60,238 nt of DNA from Candidatus Nanoarchaeia archaeon. GTDB taxonomy: Archaea > Nanobdellota > Nanobdellia > Woesearchaeales > GW2011-AR9. This document shows, one piece after another, positions 29,052 through 39,373 of the stretch (positions are counted from its first letter, which is position 1; each line of letters starts with the position of its first letter). The stretch covers positions 1 through 60,238 of the forward strand of contig DATDTM010000027.1 of assembly GCA_035290865.1 (NCBI GenBank). Direction: 5' to 3'. The position numbers were made by a program, and so were the translations under genes. Under the pieces are notes generated by a model, which searched no databases, was not told the DNA's origin, and saw only the letters and a program-made list of their open reading frames with translations.

Positions 29052-31691
29052 ATGAAAATAAAAAGAATGGTGAAGCGTTTATTTGCGGTTGGTACCGGTG
29101 TAGCAATGCTGGGAGCAACAGCGATGGGCGCTATGGCAGCTGTAGACCTAAAGGACTACCCTAATATGTTCGTTAAAGACGGCGTATTTGATGGGTATTT
29201 CGTAGTTGGTGAAAATGCTGCTTCTGTAGACAATTTAGCAATGACAGATATTGCTGCAAGCATGAAATATCTGAAAGCAGATGATAGTACTACTGTTTCC
29301 GTAGAAGGAGACAACTGGGAAGTTGGAACTGCTGTAAAATACTTAGAAATGGTTAACAACAACGGGACTGCTTCCGGATTAGTAGGAGAAACTTTTAGAG
29401 ATATCATCACTTTTATTTCTGATGATGAGTTAGATGCTTTAAAAGATGGAACCTGGTCCACCAGTGAAGCTGATTATGGCTTCCAGCAATTCATGTACTT
29501 CGACTCAGAAGGACGTGATGGGCAAGATGATAACAGAATCGTAAAATATGTGGAAGATGATAGCGATAAAACCGATGTTAATCTCTTTATTAAAAACGGT
29601 CGGCAAATTGCTAGATATAAATTAGAGTTTACCTCTACTGCAGAATCAGACGTTACTGATAGCGCAGGCAGTGCAGATACTACCGGTACCTATCTAGATG
29701 ACTTTGAAAATACAGATTTGTCTATGTTAGGTAAAGATTATAGTGTAGTCTTAGCAAGAAGACCAGCTTCTGGCCCACAAGGCGGTGGTGGCAGTGTTAA
29801 GTTGACCTTAATGTCTGGCTCTACCCGAGACACTTTATTGGAAGGAGAATCCAAATCCTATAAAGTTGGAGATAAAGAGTATGATGTCACTCTATCTTTC
29901 GTAGATAGTGACGAAGCTAAATTTACCGTGAATGGTGAAGCTACCAATAAACTGAAAGTTGGTGAAACTTCAGTTCTAGCTGATAAAAGCGAAGTTGGGG
30001 TAAGTGAAATCTTGTACCAAGATTATGCTGGTGGGGTACACTCTACTACTTTCTTCATCGGCGCATCCAAGATGGAATTAAGGGATGATGATGTCAGCGA
30101 CGCTACTGGTGCTTATAACGTTAAAGTTGGCTCTGAAGATATTGATGGTACGAAAGTAGTTATCGGCGGTTCAGATAATAACGTTACTTTCAGAATAAGT
30201 ACTATTGATGTGAACATGACTGCAGAAGACGACTTCTTTGTAGGAAAAGACCAGAAACTAAGTGCAGTGATCGCAGCTGGAAATGAAGAAGAAGAAGTAC
30301 TCATGAACGGCGGGTTTGACGTTGAGTTTAAAGGAATAGAAACCGAAGAAGCTAATGAGATTGGATTGAAAACATCTTCAGCTAAAAGGTATAAGCTAAA
30401 CTTGTTTGATGGTGATGGGAAGGCAGTAGATGTTCCTATCGCTTATGCTGAATCTGCAACTAACCTTTCTTCAGGTGAAGATACTCAGGTTGGAACTACC
30501 AGAGCTAATTATAAACGATTGGTATTATCAGAAAATGCTGTTGCCCTTAGTGGTGCTGCAGGTACAATCGAGAAAGATGACTACTTTGTCGTAACTGGTG
30601 GGACAGCAAGTGATGGTTCAGCTAAATCTTACCTTTTACAGTATAAAGGACAAGACAAGACTACCAAAACCAGCCCAAAGATTAAGTTTAAGAATGTGGG
30701 CAGCGGAGAAAGTTTAGAGTATGCAGTGTCTACTAGTAACGCATCTGCAACCATCAAGTTAGGAGGGTATTCTTTCATTGTCAACGGACAGTCCAGTAAT
30801 GTAGATGATATTGGAATTGTAGTGGACCTTAATGGAGGGGGAGCAATAGCTGCATCAGGTAACATTAGCTTTGTTGATTATTATGGTACTCAATGGGCGA
30901 TTGCACCCGTAGTAGCAGGTATGGGTTGTAGTTGGTTGGATTGCAATGGAACCGGTACAGTAACTTCTCCAGTGCCTTACGTAGGGGTTACGGTTACTAC
31001 TCCAAATGCAGATGATTATGACAATATCTTGCCTTCGCAACTAAGATTAAACTTGACAGCTACGACTGGGCCAGAATTAAGAGCTTCGCTGTTTGATGTG
31101 ACTTTAACTACACCAGACGGAGAAACAGAAGTTAGCTATGGTTATACCTCTATGGGTACCCATATCAAGTTTGCTGCACCTTCCAGTGATCCGCAAGAGT
31201 TAACCTTGACTTATCCGAAGACCCAAGCTTTGGCGCAAGTGTATTTCACCAGCGGAGTTACTTCCAGTAGCACCACCGCAGGCGGAACCTTGACTAAAGT
31301 AGAAATCGTGGATGCTACCAAGTTAGACAGCGAAATTGCTGATGCTAAAGCTCAGAATTTGATTGTTGTAGGCGGACCTTGTGTGAACACAGTATCTGCT
31401 GAGTTATTAGGAAACCCAGCTTCTTGTACTGAAGGATTCACTCCAGGAAAAGCAAGAGTCAAGTTGTTCGAGCAGGCTAACGGCAATGTGGCAATGTTAG
31501 TTGCAGGTTACTCTGGCGCAGATACCAGATTAGCTGGTAAAGTGTTAGCTAACACCAACAAAGTTGCTGCTGCTGGCGGAACAGAAGTTGAGATTGAAGG
31601 AACCACTACTGCAGATGCAGTTGTAGGAGCTCCTGCTGCAGTCGAAACTACTGAAGTTGTGGCTACAGAAGAAGTAGTTGCTCCAGAATAA
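29052..31691 (+). CDS. S-layer protein (Methanococcales-like N/C-terminal signatures)
   Basis: KRLFAVGTGVAMLGATAMGA leader, DLKDYPNMFV...VVGENA, C-terminal NLIVVGGPCVN...VAGYSGADT; acidic, many N-x-S/T sequons; start ATG 29052. Confidence 0.9.
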   Translation: MKIKRMVKRLFAVGTGVAMLGATAMGAMAAVDLKDYPNMFVKDGVFDGYFVVGENAASVDNLAMTDIAASMKYLKADDSTTVSVEGDNWEVGTAVKYLEMVNNNGTASGLVGETFRDIITFISDDELDALKDGTWSTSEADYGFQQFMYFDSEGRDGQDDNRIVKYVEDDSDKTDVNLFIKNGRQIARYKLEFTSTAESDVTDSAGSADTTGTYLDDFENTDLSMLGKDYSVVLARRPASGPQGGGGSVKLTLMSGSTRDTLLEGESKSYKVGDKEYDVTLSFVDSDEAKFTVNGEATNKLKVGETSVLADKSEVGVSEILYQDYAGGVHSTTFFIGASKMELRDDDVSDATGAYNVKVGSEDIDGTKVVIGGSDNNVTFRISTIDVNMTAEDDFFVGKDQKLSAVIAAGNEEEEVLMNGGFDVEFKGIETEEANEIGLKTSSAKRYKLNLFDGDGKAVDVPIAYAESATNLSSGEDTQVGTTRANYKRLVLSENAVALSGAAGTIEKDDYFVVTGGTASDGSAKSYLLQYKGQDKTTKTSPKIKFKNVGSGESLEYAVSTSNASATIKLGGYSFIVNGQSSNVDDIGIVVDLNGGGAIAASGNISFVDYYGTQWAIAPVVAGMGCSWLDCNGTGTVTSPVPYVGVTVTTPNADDYDNILPSQLRLNLTATTGPELRASLFDVTLTTPDGETEVSYGYTSMGTHIKFAAPSSDPQELTLTYPKTQALAQVYFTSGVTSSSTTAGGTLTKVEIVDATKLDSEIADAKAQNLIVVGGPCVNTVSAELLGNPASCTEGFTPGKARVKLFEQANGNVAMLVAGYSGADTRLAGKVLANTNKVAAAGGTEVEIEGTTTADAVVGAPAAVETTEVVATEEVVAPE

Positions 31692-31828
31692 GCCTAAAAA
31701 GCTTTTTTTTCTTTTTTTTTCTTTCTCTTTCTTAACCATCTTTTTATTGACTCGTCCGAATGTTTTAAGATTTAAAGTAAGTTTTATATAATTAAAGATT
31801 AATACTCTTGGTTAGGTGATAGATTTTA

Positions 31829-32860
31829 ATGATTAATTATAAGAATTATATCCCTTTGGCTTTGTTAGTTCTTTTGTTAGTTTTATCTTTTCTAATTTTA
31901 GAACCATTTCTTAAAGCATTGTTTCTCGGGGCTTTATTAGCTTATATTTTTTATCCTCTGCATATTCGGCTGAAAGCCAAAGTAGGGGGAACTGCTTCAG
32001 CAACATTAATCTGTCTTTTAGTCCTGCTGATTTTAGTCATTCCAGCAGTGTTTTTCCTGAAAACTTTAATCTTTGAATCTTATGCCTTGTTTGTCTTGGT
32101 CAAACAGAAATTGGCAGTAGGATTGTTTACCCAATGTCAGCATCAGCTTTGCGGGATGATCAAAGAGTTTGGTCAGTTGCCGGAGATAAGTTATCAGATT
32201 CAAAATATAGTTAAAACCATTACTACCAGTATTGTGGATAAAGGTTCAGCTTTATTAGTAAGCATTCCCAGAATAATTCTAAACTTGGTGGTGATGTTCT
32301 TTACATTATTCTATTTGATATTAGAGGGACCATTATGGTTAGCAAAGTTGAATAAATTTTTTAATGCTCAGAAAAAAGAGTATAATCGGGTAGTGCAACG
32401 CTTAAAAGATACCACTTATGGAATTATTTATGGCTATGGAATTGTAGCTTTAATCCAGGGGATTTTGGGGGGATTAGGATTTTGGATCTTTGGATTATCT
32501 TCTCCTTTTTTCTGGGGATTGGTGATGGGATTATTAGCTTTGGTTCCTTTTTTGGGAACGGGATTAGTTTGGGTGCCAGCAGCTTTAATCTTGTTTTTAG
32601 ATGGATTATTCCAAAATTCTAGCTGGTTAATGATTAAAGCAGGAGTATTCTTCGTTTATTGCCTGCTGTTAGTGAGCACTTTAGATAATATTATCCGCCC
32701 TAAAATTATCGGTGAGAAGGCCAGAATTCATCCGGTGATGGTTATGCTGGGTATTTTTGGAGGAATATTATTCTTTGGAGCGATCGGGATTATAATTGGT
32801 CCATTGCTGCTTTCTTTTACTGCGGAGATTGCAGAGATTTATCTGAAAGAGAAAGCGTAA
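31829..32860 (+). CDS. AI-2E (PerM) family transporter
   Basis: Multi-TM; ALIQGILGG, DNIIRPKII, HPVMVMLGIFGG...GIIIGPLL. Confidence 0.9.
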   Translation: MINYKNYIPLALLVLLLVLSFLILEPFLKALFLGALLAYIFYPLHIRLKAKVGGTASATLICLLVLLILVIPAVFFLKTLIFESYALFVLVKQKLAVGLFTQCQHQLCGMIKEFGQLPEISYQIQNIVKTITTSIVDKGSALLVSIPRIILNLVVMFFTLFYLILEGPLWLAKLNKFFNAQKKEYNRVVQRLKDTTYGIIYGYGIVALIQGILGGLGFWIFGLSSPFFWGLVMGLLALVPFLGTGLVWVPAALILFLDGLFQNSSWLMIKAGVFFVYCLLLVSTLDNIIRPKIIGEKARIHPVMVMLGIFGGILFFGAIGIIIGPLLLSFTAEIAEIYLKEKA

Positions 32861-32881
32861 CTGAAAAAGGTAGAAACAAAG

Positions 32882-33391
32882 TTAGAATCTGGAGTTACTT
32901 TGTTCTCTTTTAGCATAATCCACTAACTGCTGCAGATAATCGCTGATCTGGATATTATTAGAGATATGGCGCAGATAGAATTGGTTTCCTAGAGCTATCG
33001 AATAAGTCTTGAAGAGCTTATCCCAGAGATCTCGTTTAGTTACGATGATTATGATATTGATATAATATAATTCTTTTTTATGAATCCAGAGCCGATTGCG
33101 ATAGAACTTATAGGGTTGGTTAGCTCGATGGATAGCCAGATAAATCCCTAAGATGATGATGAAAAGCAATAAAATTAAAGAAATGGTTTGGATCAGATTT
33201 TCTGTGGAGCTGGTTAGTTCCATTAAAGAGAGGTTTAGCCATACTCCTAAATAAAAGATTACTCCTAAGACCAAGAAGGTAATGAATTTAGGAGCGAGAG
33301 CCCGAAGCTTGTTTTGAGGGAGGATGTAGACTGGCGGTTCTACTGGGGGTATTTTTGGTAAAGAGGGGGATATTACTTGATTAGCTTCCAT
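32882..33391 (-). CDS. Two-TM membrane protein with PH-like soluble domain
   Basis: 2 TM followed by YKFYRNRL...RDLWDKLFKTYSI; similar architecture to 54184-54696. Confidence 0.55.
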   Translation of the reverse strand: MEANQVISPSLPKIPPVEPPVYILPQNKLRALAPKFITFLVLGVIFYLGVWLNLSLMELTSSTENLIQTISLILLLFIIILGIYLAIHRANQPYKFYRNRLWIHKKELYYINIIIIVTKRDLWDKLFKTYSIALGNQFYLRHISNNIQISDYLQQLVDYAKREQSNSRF

Positions 33392-33482
33392 TATTAGAAA
33401 GTAAATCTAGGGGGTTTATATTTTTGTTCTTTTTTTGGGTGTGGATTGGATTTAATTTAATCCTGAAGTTAAGAAAAATGAA

Positions 33483-33636
33483 TGGGCCTGTCCGGACTTT
33501 CTTTCAAGCAATTTAATTAGGTTGCTTGCAATTCGAACCGGAGATCCTCTCGACGTCAACGAGATGTCCTTTGTGGCGATAGAGCTGCACTTTGAATTCA
33601 AAGGGCCGCTCCCCGTAGCCACTAGACCACAGGCCC
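33483..33636 (-). tRNA. tRNA-Val(GAC) with two non-canonical introns (33571-33616 at 20a/21; 33497-33531 at 59/60)
   Basis: Removing 46 and 35 nt yields GGGCCTGTGGTCTAGTGGCT|AGGACATCTCGTTGACGTCGAGAGGATCTCCGGTTCGAA|TCCGGACAGGCCCA, with perfect acceptor, anticodon and T stems; BHB-like junctions. Confidence 0.9.
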
Positions 33637-33740
33637 ATACAAAAAGGAAAAGCTTATATCCATTTATAAATTTTTGTTTGTAGAAATCTAAGAATCAGGT
33701 TTAAGTAGATTTAGTTGATTTAAAAGAGGTAAAATATAAG

Positions 33741-34862
33741 ATGTATCATAACCATCATTGGTGGAGATTCTTCCCTAAAAAGAAACTTACTCAGATTTAT
33801 ACCTCGGCAGCTTTACGCTCTTTTGCTATTTCTTTAATAAGTCTGTTTATTCCATTATATCTTTATGTGGAAAGAGGGTTTAGTTTAGAACAGACAATTT
33901 ACTTTTTCATCTTCTATGCGGTAATCTTTGCGGTAAGTTCGCCTCTTGCAGCTAAGTTCGGAGCGAGATTCGGAGCGAAACATGCTATTTTATGGAGTGT
34001 ACCTTTTTATTTATTATTTATTCTGGGTTTGTATCTTCTCCCCCAAGTGAGAGTTCCTCTGGCTTTAATTAGTGCTCTTTTTGGCCTCTCCCAAAGTTTT
34101 TATTGGATGGGCTTACATTTGATCTTCTCTAGAGCTAGTGATCATGACCATCGCGGAGAGGAGTTGGGCAAGAGAGATAGTATCTCGGTCTTAGCAACCA
34201 TGTTAGGCCCAGTAATCGGCGGATTGCTGATAAAATATACTGGTTTTAGTTTAGTTTTTAGTTTAACTGCCCTGATCCTCTTTGGCTCTGCTCTCTTCCT
34301 TTTTCTGAGCAAAGAAGATAAATATCAATACCATTTTACTTTCCGCTCCCTGATGGACAAAAGGCAATGGCGGGATGATTTGTTCTATACTGCTAGGGGG
34401 ATGCAGATCATTGCTGCAGGAGTAATCTGGCCACTGTTTATTTTTATGATCCTGAACGATTATTTTAGTTTAGGATTAACTGGATTTATTTTATCGGGAA
34501 TAAGTGCAGTACTTATTTTGGTGATAGGTAGATTAAGCGACCATACTGGAAAAAGAAGAATAATCCGTTGGGTGGTTGGTTTTGAATCTCTAGCTTGGAT
34601 ATTGAAAGCTTTTGTTGGAACGATTAGCCAGGTCTTTGGAATTACTATCTTTAGCGCTTTTACAGGAGGATTTATGGAATCTCCCATCGGAGCGATAGAA
34701 TATGATAAAGCTAAAGGAAAGGTGGCTAGTTATTTTGTGAACAGAGAGATATTTTTATGTTTAGGCAGGATTTTATTATTAGTATTTGTGTTGATGATGA
34801 ACAGTTTATCTGGGGGATTGATCTTGACCGGATTGGCGAGCTTATTGGCTTTATTATTTTAA
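33741..34862 (+). CDS. MFS transporter
   Basis: About 12 TM; AKFGARFG and IGRLSDHTGKRR motif-A-like loops. Confidence 0.88.
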   Translation: MYHNHHWWRFFPKKKLTQIYTSAALRSFAISLISLFIPLYLYVERGFSLEQTIYFFIFYAVIFAVSSPLAAKFGARFGAKHAILWSVPFYLLFILGLYLLPQVRVPLALISALFGLSQSFYWMGLHLIFSRASDHDHRGEELGKRDSISVLATMLGPVIGGLLIKYTGFSLVFSLTALILFGSALFLFLSKEDKYQYHFTFRSLMDKRQWRDDLFYTARGMQIIAAGVIWPLFIFMILNDYFSLGLTGFILSGISAVLILVIGRLSDHTGKRRIIRWVVGFESLAWILKAFVGTISQVFGITIFSAFTGGFMESPIGAIEYDKAKGKVASYFVNREIFLCLGRILLLVFVLMMNSLSGGLILTGLASLLALLF

Positions 34863-34872
34863 GAGGATTAAA

Positions 34873-35538
34873 ATGGGTTTAGATCCTGAAACGGAATTTT
34901 TTAGGGGATTGATTGAATTGCAGTACGGCAAAAAAGTAGAGAAAAAATTAGAGAAGATTTCTGGTAACGTTTCCTGGGCGAAAGGCTGGCCGAAGAAAGA
35001 TGAATCATTTTGGAATGGGGAAGCGTTCATGTGGCAACATAAAATCAGCAAAGAAAAAAGGGAATTGATCGGAAAAGAGTTAAGATTTTTATCTGGAGGA
35101 AAACTATCTCGAAGAGAATATTCTGGCGGAAAGAACTTAGATTTAGGCTGCGGAGCTTATTCTTATATCCTTTCGGTAGGGTTAGATTTTTCAGAGAAGA
35201 TGTTACAGTTCAATCAGAATTGCGTTGAGAAAGTGAAAGGGAACCTAGAGGGGAGATTACCGATAGAAGATAAACGGTTTGATTCGGTAACGGCAGTATT
35301 TGTATTAAATTATGTCAAGAATTATGAATTGTTATTAAACGAGATCAAGCGGGTGCTGAAAGGAAAGGGAATATTTGTGGCGGTTTTATCGGGATTGGAG
35401 ATCAATTCCTGGCAGAAACAAAAAGAGCTTAATTCTTTTTCCGGGAAGGAATGGAAAGAGATCCTGGAAAAGTATGGTTTTAAGGTTAAGTTTTATGAAC
35501 GGGAAGGGGTATGGTTTTTTAGGTGCGGAATGAAATAG
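34873..35538 (+). CDS. Class I SAM-dependent methyltransferase
   Basis: NLDLGCG, GLDFSEKML, RFDSVTAVFVLNY, EIKRVLK. Confidence 0.8.
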   Translation: MGLDPETEFFRGLIELQYGKKVEKKLEKISGNVSWAKGWPKKDESFWNGEAFMWQHKISKEKRELIGKELRFLSGGKLSRREYSGGKNLDLGCGAYSYILSVGLDFSEKMLQFNQNCVEKVKGNLEGRLPIEDKRFDSVTAVFVLNYVKNYELLLNEIKRVLKGKGIFVAVLSGLEINSWQKQKELNSFSGKEWKEILEKYGFKVKFYEREGVWFFRCGMK

Positions 35539-35630
35539 TTAGGATATAAAGTGCTTATTCCGTTTATAACCCTAAATAAACCAAAAAGATTATTAATTAG
35601 GATAGATTAATCTGGTCTAAAAGAGGAAAG

Positions 35631-37079
35631 ATGGAAAGCTTATTTTATACCGGACTTGAACCAAGAGCCAAATTACTGAAAGAGTTCGGCTTTACTGAAG
35701 AAAATCGAGAGGTAATCCCGGATCAGTTTGCCAATACCGGCTTTCCCAAGCCCAGAAAAGCCTATATGCTGACTATGGAAGCTTATGACCTTAGCCTGGA
35801 AGAGCCTTATTTCTGGGTCTTAGAGGAATTCAAGCGCCAATTTCCCATTATAGAAAAGTTGGAAGATTCTTTTGCGGCTGCAGAAAATTCTGCTTTTTTT
35901 GGGGCTACCCAGCAAAGGTTAGGTGCGCAGCAGGATCGGGCAGCCCAGTTCCTGAAAGGTTCCAGCGACATGATTAAAGGCCTGTTTCAGATGGTGCGAG
36001 AATTGAGAATTATTGATGAAAAATTGACCTATTACAACGAAGCTGAGGAGCAGACCCAAAAAGAAATAAGCAAAAGAAGTAAAGGTGCAGAAATTACCTT
36101 AAAAGGTTTCTTTGTGGATTTAGTCCAGGGAGCAGCGAAAAATCCAGCTTCAGTCTTTGGGATGGCCAGAGAATTAGAATTTATTACTTTACCAGATTTA
36201 TTTTTCGATGCTCCTCCATTTAAAGACGTTTCAGAATTAGATGCGCATATGAAAAGCTTAGAGAAAGATTTTAACCGCAGCTTGTTGAGGGTATTAGAAC
36301 GTCATCTGCGCCAGTTCATGGAATGGAAGAAAAGAACCCACCAAGAACATGCTAACCGGAGAAGATTCATGTTACAATACCTATTACAACATTTTGAGAT
36401 CATTAAAATGTATTTAGTCTGGGTTAAACCTTATCTGCGGGCAGCAGCGAGATTAACCATGAAAGAGAGAAACATACTCTCTCCGGATTTAATTTCCGCT
36501 TTTGAAGGAAGTATGTTAGATATAGAAATATTAGCCAGAAAACCTGAAGGAAAAGGAGCGAATTCCTGCCTATTAGCCACTTTTAGCTATCGGACCAGGC
36601 CAGAGATGAAAGTAGTTCAGGAAGGATATCAGCGCGGGCCGGTGCATATAGGCAGATACGAAATGAATTTCAGGATTTACGCCTGGACGGATCAGGAAGT
36701 GGAAAATTATAAGAAACTGAAAAATAAAGAAATCATGGAATTGATGGGAGATGTTTCTTCTTCGGTGCAAAAGGCCATGGAATCTTTAGGGAAAGAATTA
36801 GACTTATATTTGGCAGAGGCAAAAGGAGAGAAGGCGAAGAAAGAAGGAGAAGCGGTCGGAGAAAAAAAAGAGTCGAACAAGAAATCAGTGATGGAAAAAT
36901 TGTTTGGCGATTTCTATACCCCTAAAAGTGCTGCAGCCAAATCAACTGAGGATAAAGTAGGCAGCGGAAAGAGAACTTTATCTGAGGAGGAAGCGAAGAA
37001 AGCAGCAGGCTATGCGGGGTTCCATGCATTTAACATGTATAAGAATTTCAAGAAAGCGCATGGGATGGTACAGTGGTAA
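35631..37079 (+). CDS. Large helical hypothetical protein
   Basis: 482-aa ORF with coiled-coil character; no recognised motif. Confidence 0.75.
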   Translation: MESLFYTGLEPRAKLLKEFGFTEENREVIPDQFANTGFPKPRKAYMLTMEAYDLSLEEPYFWVLEEFKRQFPIIEKLEDSFAAAENSAFFGATQQRLGAQQDRAAQFLKGSSDMIKGLFQMVRELRIIDEKLTYYNEAEEQTQKEISKRSKGAEITLKGFFVDLVQGAAKNPASVFGMARELEFITLPDLFFDAPPFKDVSELDAHMKSLEKDFNRSLLRVLERHLRQFMEWKKRTHQEHANRRRFMLQYLLQHFEIIKMYLVWVKPYLRAAARLTMKERNILSPDLISAFEGSMLDIEILARKPEGKGANSCLLATFSYRTRPEMKVVQEGYQRGPVHIGRYEMNFRIYAWTDQEVENYKKLKNKEIMELMGDVSSSVQKAMESLGKELDLYLAEAKGEKAKKEGEAVGEKKESNKKSVMEKLFGDFYTPKSAAAKSTEDKVGSGKRTLSEEEAKKAAGYAGFHAFNMYKNFKKAHGMVQW

Positions 37080-37215
37080 AGATTATATCTCTCAATTTTT
37101 TAACTTCTTCTTTAACCCACAAAAACTACCAATACTTTTTTAGCAATTAGTTCTGGAGAATATCTCTTGAAAAGAAGCTTGATTTTTCCCTTAATCGGCT
37201 CTTTGCAGACAGAAT

Positions 37216-37905
37216 CTATTTGAAATATCCACTTGCCGTAGGGAAAAGCGAAGAGGTTGAGAAAGGTGTAAGATATATCTCTATCCTCTCTTTACCGCTG
37301 CCTAAACTCTTTCTTTTTAAAGTAATATCTCTAATCTCTCCTGTCCTTTTGAGGTGGGTTCCACCACAATATACTTTTCCAAAACTTTCGATTTGCCAAT
37401 ATCTCCGCTCATTTTTTTCATCACTAAAAGAGCTGGTTATTGGTAAGTCTGAATTAATCAGCTCCAACGCTTTCCGGGTTAATTCTGGGAAAATCTCAGA
37501 AATGTTACCCTCCCATACAAAATCCAATCTTGCTTTTTCAGAAGTTATATTTGCGCCAATTTTTTCAGGTCTGTTAAAGTGTTGATATACTAATTCCAAT
37601 ATTATTTCTGCTGCAAAATGCAGTTTCATTATTTTGTATCGTTTTTCCCAATCTATCTTAACAGTTACCTCATCATCTACATTAAAGTTAGCATTCGATT
37701 CTAAGGTATAAATTATCTCATTGAGATATTTTCTTGCTTCAATAACTTTTAATCCGTTAATTGTGCCTGAATCAGATTCCTGGCCACCTGAAAAAGCATA
37801 AAAAATAGTTTTATCTAAAGTGACCAGGTTTCCATTAGCGCTGGTTACTCGGGCTTTCTGTTCAGTTGAGTACGGATCTTTCCAAAATACTTTTTCTACC
37901 ACCAT
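37216..37905 (-). CDS. AlaX-type alanyl-tRNA editing protein
   Basis: LDKTIFYAFSGGQESDSG, WEKRYKIMKLHFAAE, ARLDF, CGGTH. Confidence 0.9.
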   Translation of the reverse strand: MVVEKVFWKDPYSTEQKARVTSANGNLVTLDKTIFYAFSGGQESDSGTINGLKVIEARKYLNEIIYTLESNANFNVDDEVTVKIDWEKRYKIMKLHFAAEIILELVYQHFNRPEKIGANITSEKARLDFVWEGNISEIFPELTRKALELINSDLPITSSFSDEKNERRYWQIESFGKVYCGGTHLKRTGEIRDITLKRKSLGSGKERIEIYLTPFSTSSLFPTASGYFK

Positions 37906-37930
37906 TTTTCCACCTAAAAAATAAAAAAAA

Positions 37931-39259
37931 TTATTTAGTTAACTCCAAAAATCTTTGCATCACCCTCTCATAAAAATCTTTAGGGAAAGCAAATCCATCC
38001 TTTGCAGGACATCGGTTGTTTACAAGATTTTGGGGATTCTCAATTCCCATTCTTCGGTTTGGTGAATTTTCCCAGATCTGGCTTAGAGGAGTATCTTGTA
38101 CGTTTGCATATACTGTCTCTCGGTCAAATCTTCCCGGACACATCTGAACAATTCCATTTGCTCTAATGTATAATCCGGTAGCGGCTTGGTTGCAGGGTTC
38201 TGCTCCTACATAGCTGGCAATACCTTCACTCCTTACCTGTTCAGGGGTTTGAACTCCGGTGCTGACGTTGTAGGCATAGATTTTTGCGTATAATTCTACT
38301 AGCTGGTTATGCCATTCTTTAACGCTGATGGTCTGCTCTTGTTTTGCATATTGCCCGCAGCCTTTCCCGCTAAGCATTGAGGGGGTCATGACTACTGGTG
38401 TCCCTCTTTCCACAAAAAATTTGTAGATATCAAATGATTCTCCAATGTTCTCGGGGATAATGGGGGCGTTAATGATGCAGATTCTGTTGGTCATCCCGCT
38501 ATTGTAAAATCTGGAACTGAACAGATTCTCTATAGCTTGCTCTCTAATTTTGGAATATTCCTGTAGACCAGTTACGGTCCCGGTTTCGTCTCTGCTGGTA
38601 ACCAAGCTGTCTTGCAGTTTATCATCAAAGGACTGGAAAGACATCAATAATCCTACGTTACTATAACTCGCTAATTTTTCAACCAGCTGTTTTGCAGTCA
38701 TTCCATGATACTTTTGTGCCAGTTCATCGCTTCCCAGTAAAGCCCCTTTGGTAAAGATGTTCAGCTGAATCCTTCTTTTTTCGTATTCTCCAACAATTTC
38801 AAATAGTTGGGAGTTCATCAGTAACTCTCCTGGACCTAGGAACTTTACACTTTTGAAATCATGCCCTTCTTCCCAGGCTATTCTTATTGCTTGATCGACT
38901 ACATTCAGGGTATCTTCTAAGGTCATCATTCTGTTTAGGGAATAATTTTCCGCTTCTGCTTTGATTAACTTTCCATTTAAGTCTCTTTTTACTTTTGAAT
39001 AAACTATACTCTGTTCGTTGAAGCAAGCAGGACATTTATGTAGGCAGAGGTCAGCCCTATATCTAGAAGCGACACTTTCCTGACTATCAGCATCGTTGTG
39101 TTGGTCTACTAATTCATCGGCAATATGTTCTATATCTAAGGTGTATAAGCCAGGGGTAGCATCATTAATGTGCCAGTCTTTTACCCCGTTAGTCCACCCT
39201 ATTTGGATTTTACCGGCGAAGGTTACGGGAATCTTTTGTTCGAGTGTTTGTTTTGACAT
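37931..39259 (-). CDS. Radical SAM protein with SPASM/twitch domain
   Basis: CLHKCPAC (CxxxCxxC), GPGELL (GGE-like), C-terminal CNQAATGLYIRANGIVQMCP...RCP. Confidence 0.88.
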   Translation of the reverse strand: MSKQTLEQKIPVTFAGKIQIGWTNGVKDWHINDATPGLYTLDIEHIADELVDQHNDADSQESVASRYRADLCLHKCPACFNEQSIVYSKVKRDLNGKLIKAEAENYSLNRMMTLEDTLNVVDQAIRIAWEEGHDFKSVKFLGPGELLMNSQLFEIVGEYEKRRIQLNIFTKGALLGSDELAQKYHGMTAKQLVEKLASYSNVGLLMSFQSFDDKLQDSLVTSRDETGTVTGLQEYSKIREQAIENLFSSRFYNSGMTNRICIINAPIIPENIGESFDIYKFFVERGTPVVMTPSMLSGKGCGQYAKQEQTISVKEWHNQLVELYAKIYAYNVSTGVQTPEQVRSEGIASYVGAEPCNQAATGLYIRANGIVQMCPGRFDRETVYANVQDTPLSQIWENSPNRRMGIENPQNLVNNRCPAKDGFAFPKDFYERVMQRFLELTK

Positions 39260-39373
39260 GTTGGTTACATCCTTTTTATTACTATGGAGAGATAACCAAT
39301 TATATCAAAGTTCCGAATCAAATCTGAGCATAAATGATAAAATTTATATAGTTATTATCCTATATGCTTAATT

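Noticed and set aside
31695-31735. Long T-rich run after the S-layer gene as a repeat or phase-variable tract
   Set aside because: Ordinary archaeal oligo-T terminator region
37216-37905. HxxxE instead of HxxxH in AlaX as a novelty
   Set aside because: To my knowledge this LHFAAE variant is common in AlaX-M-like proteins
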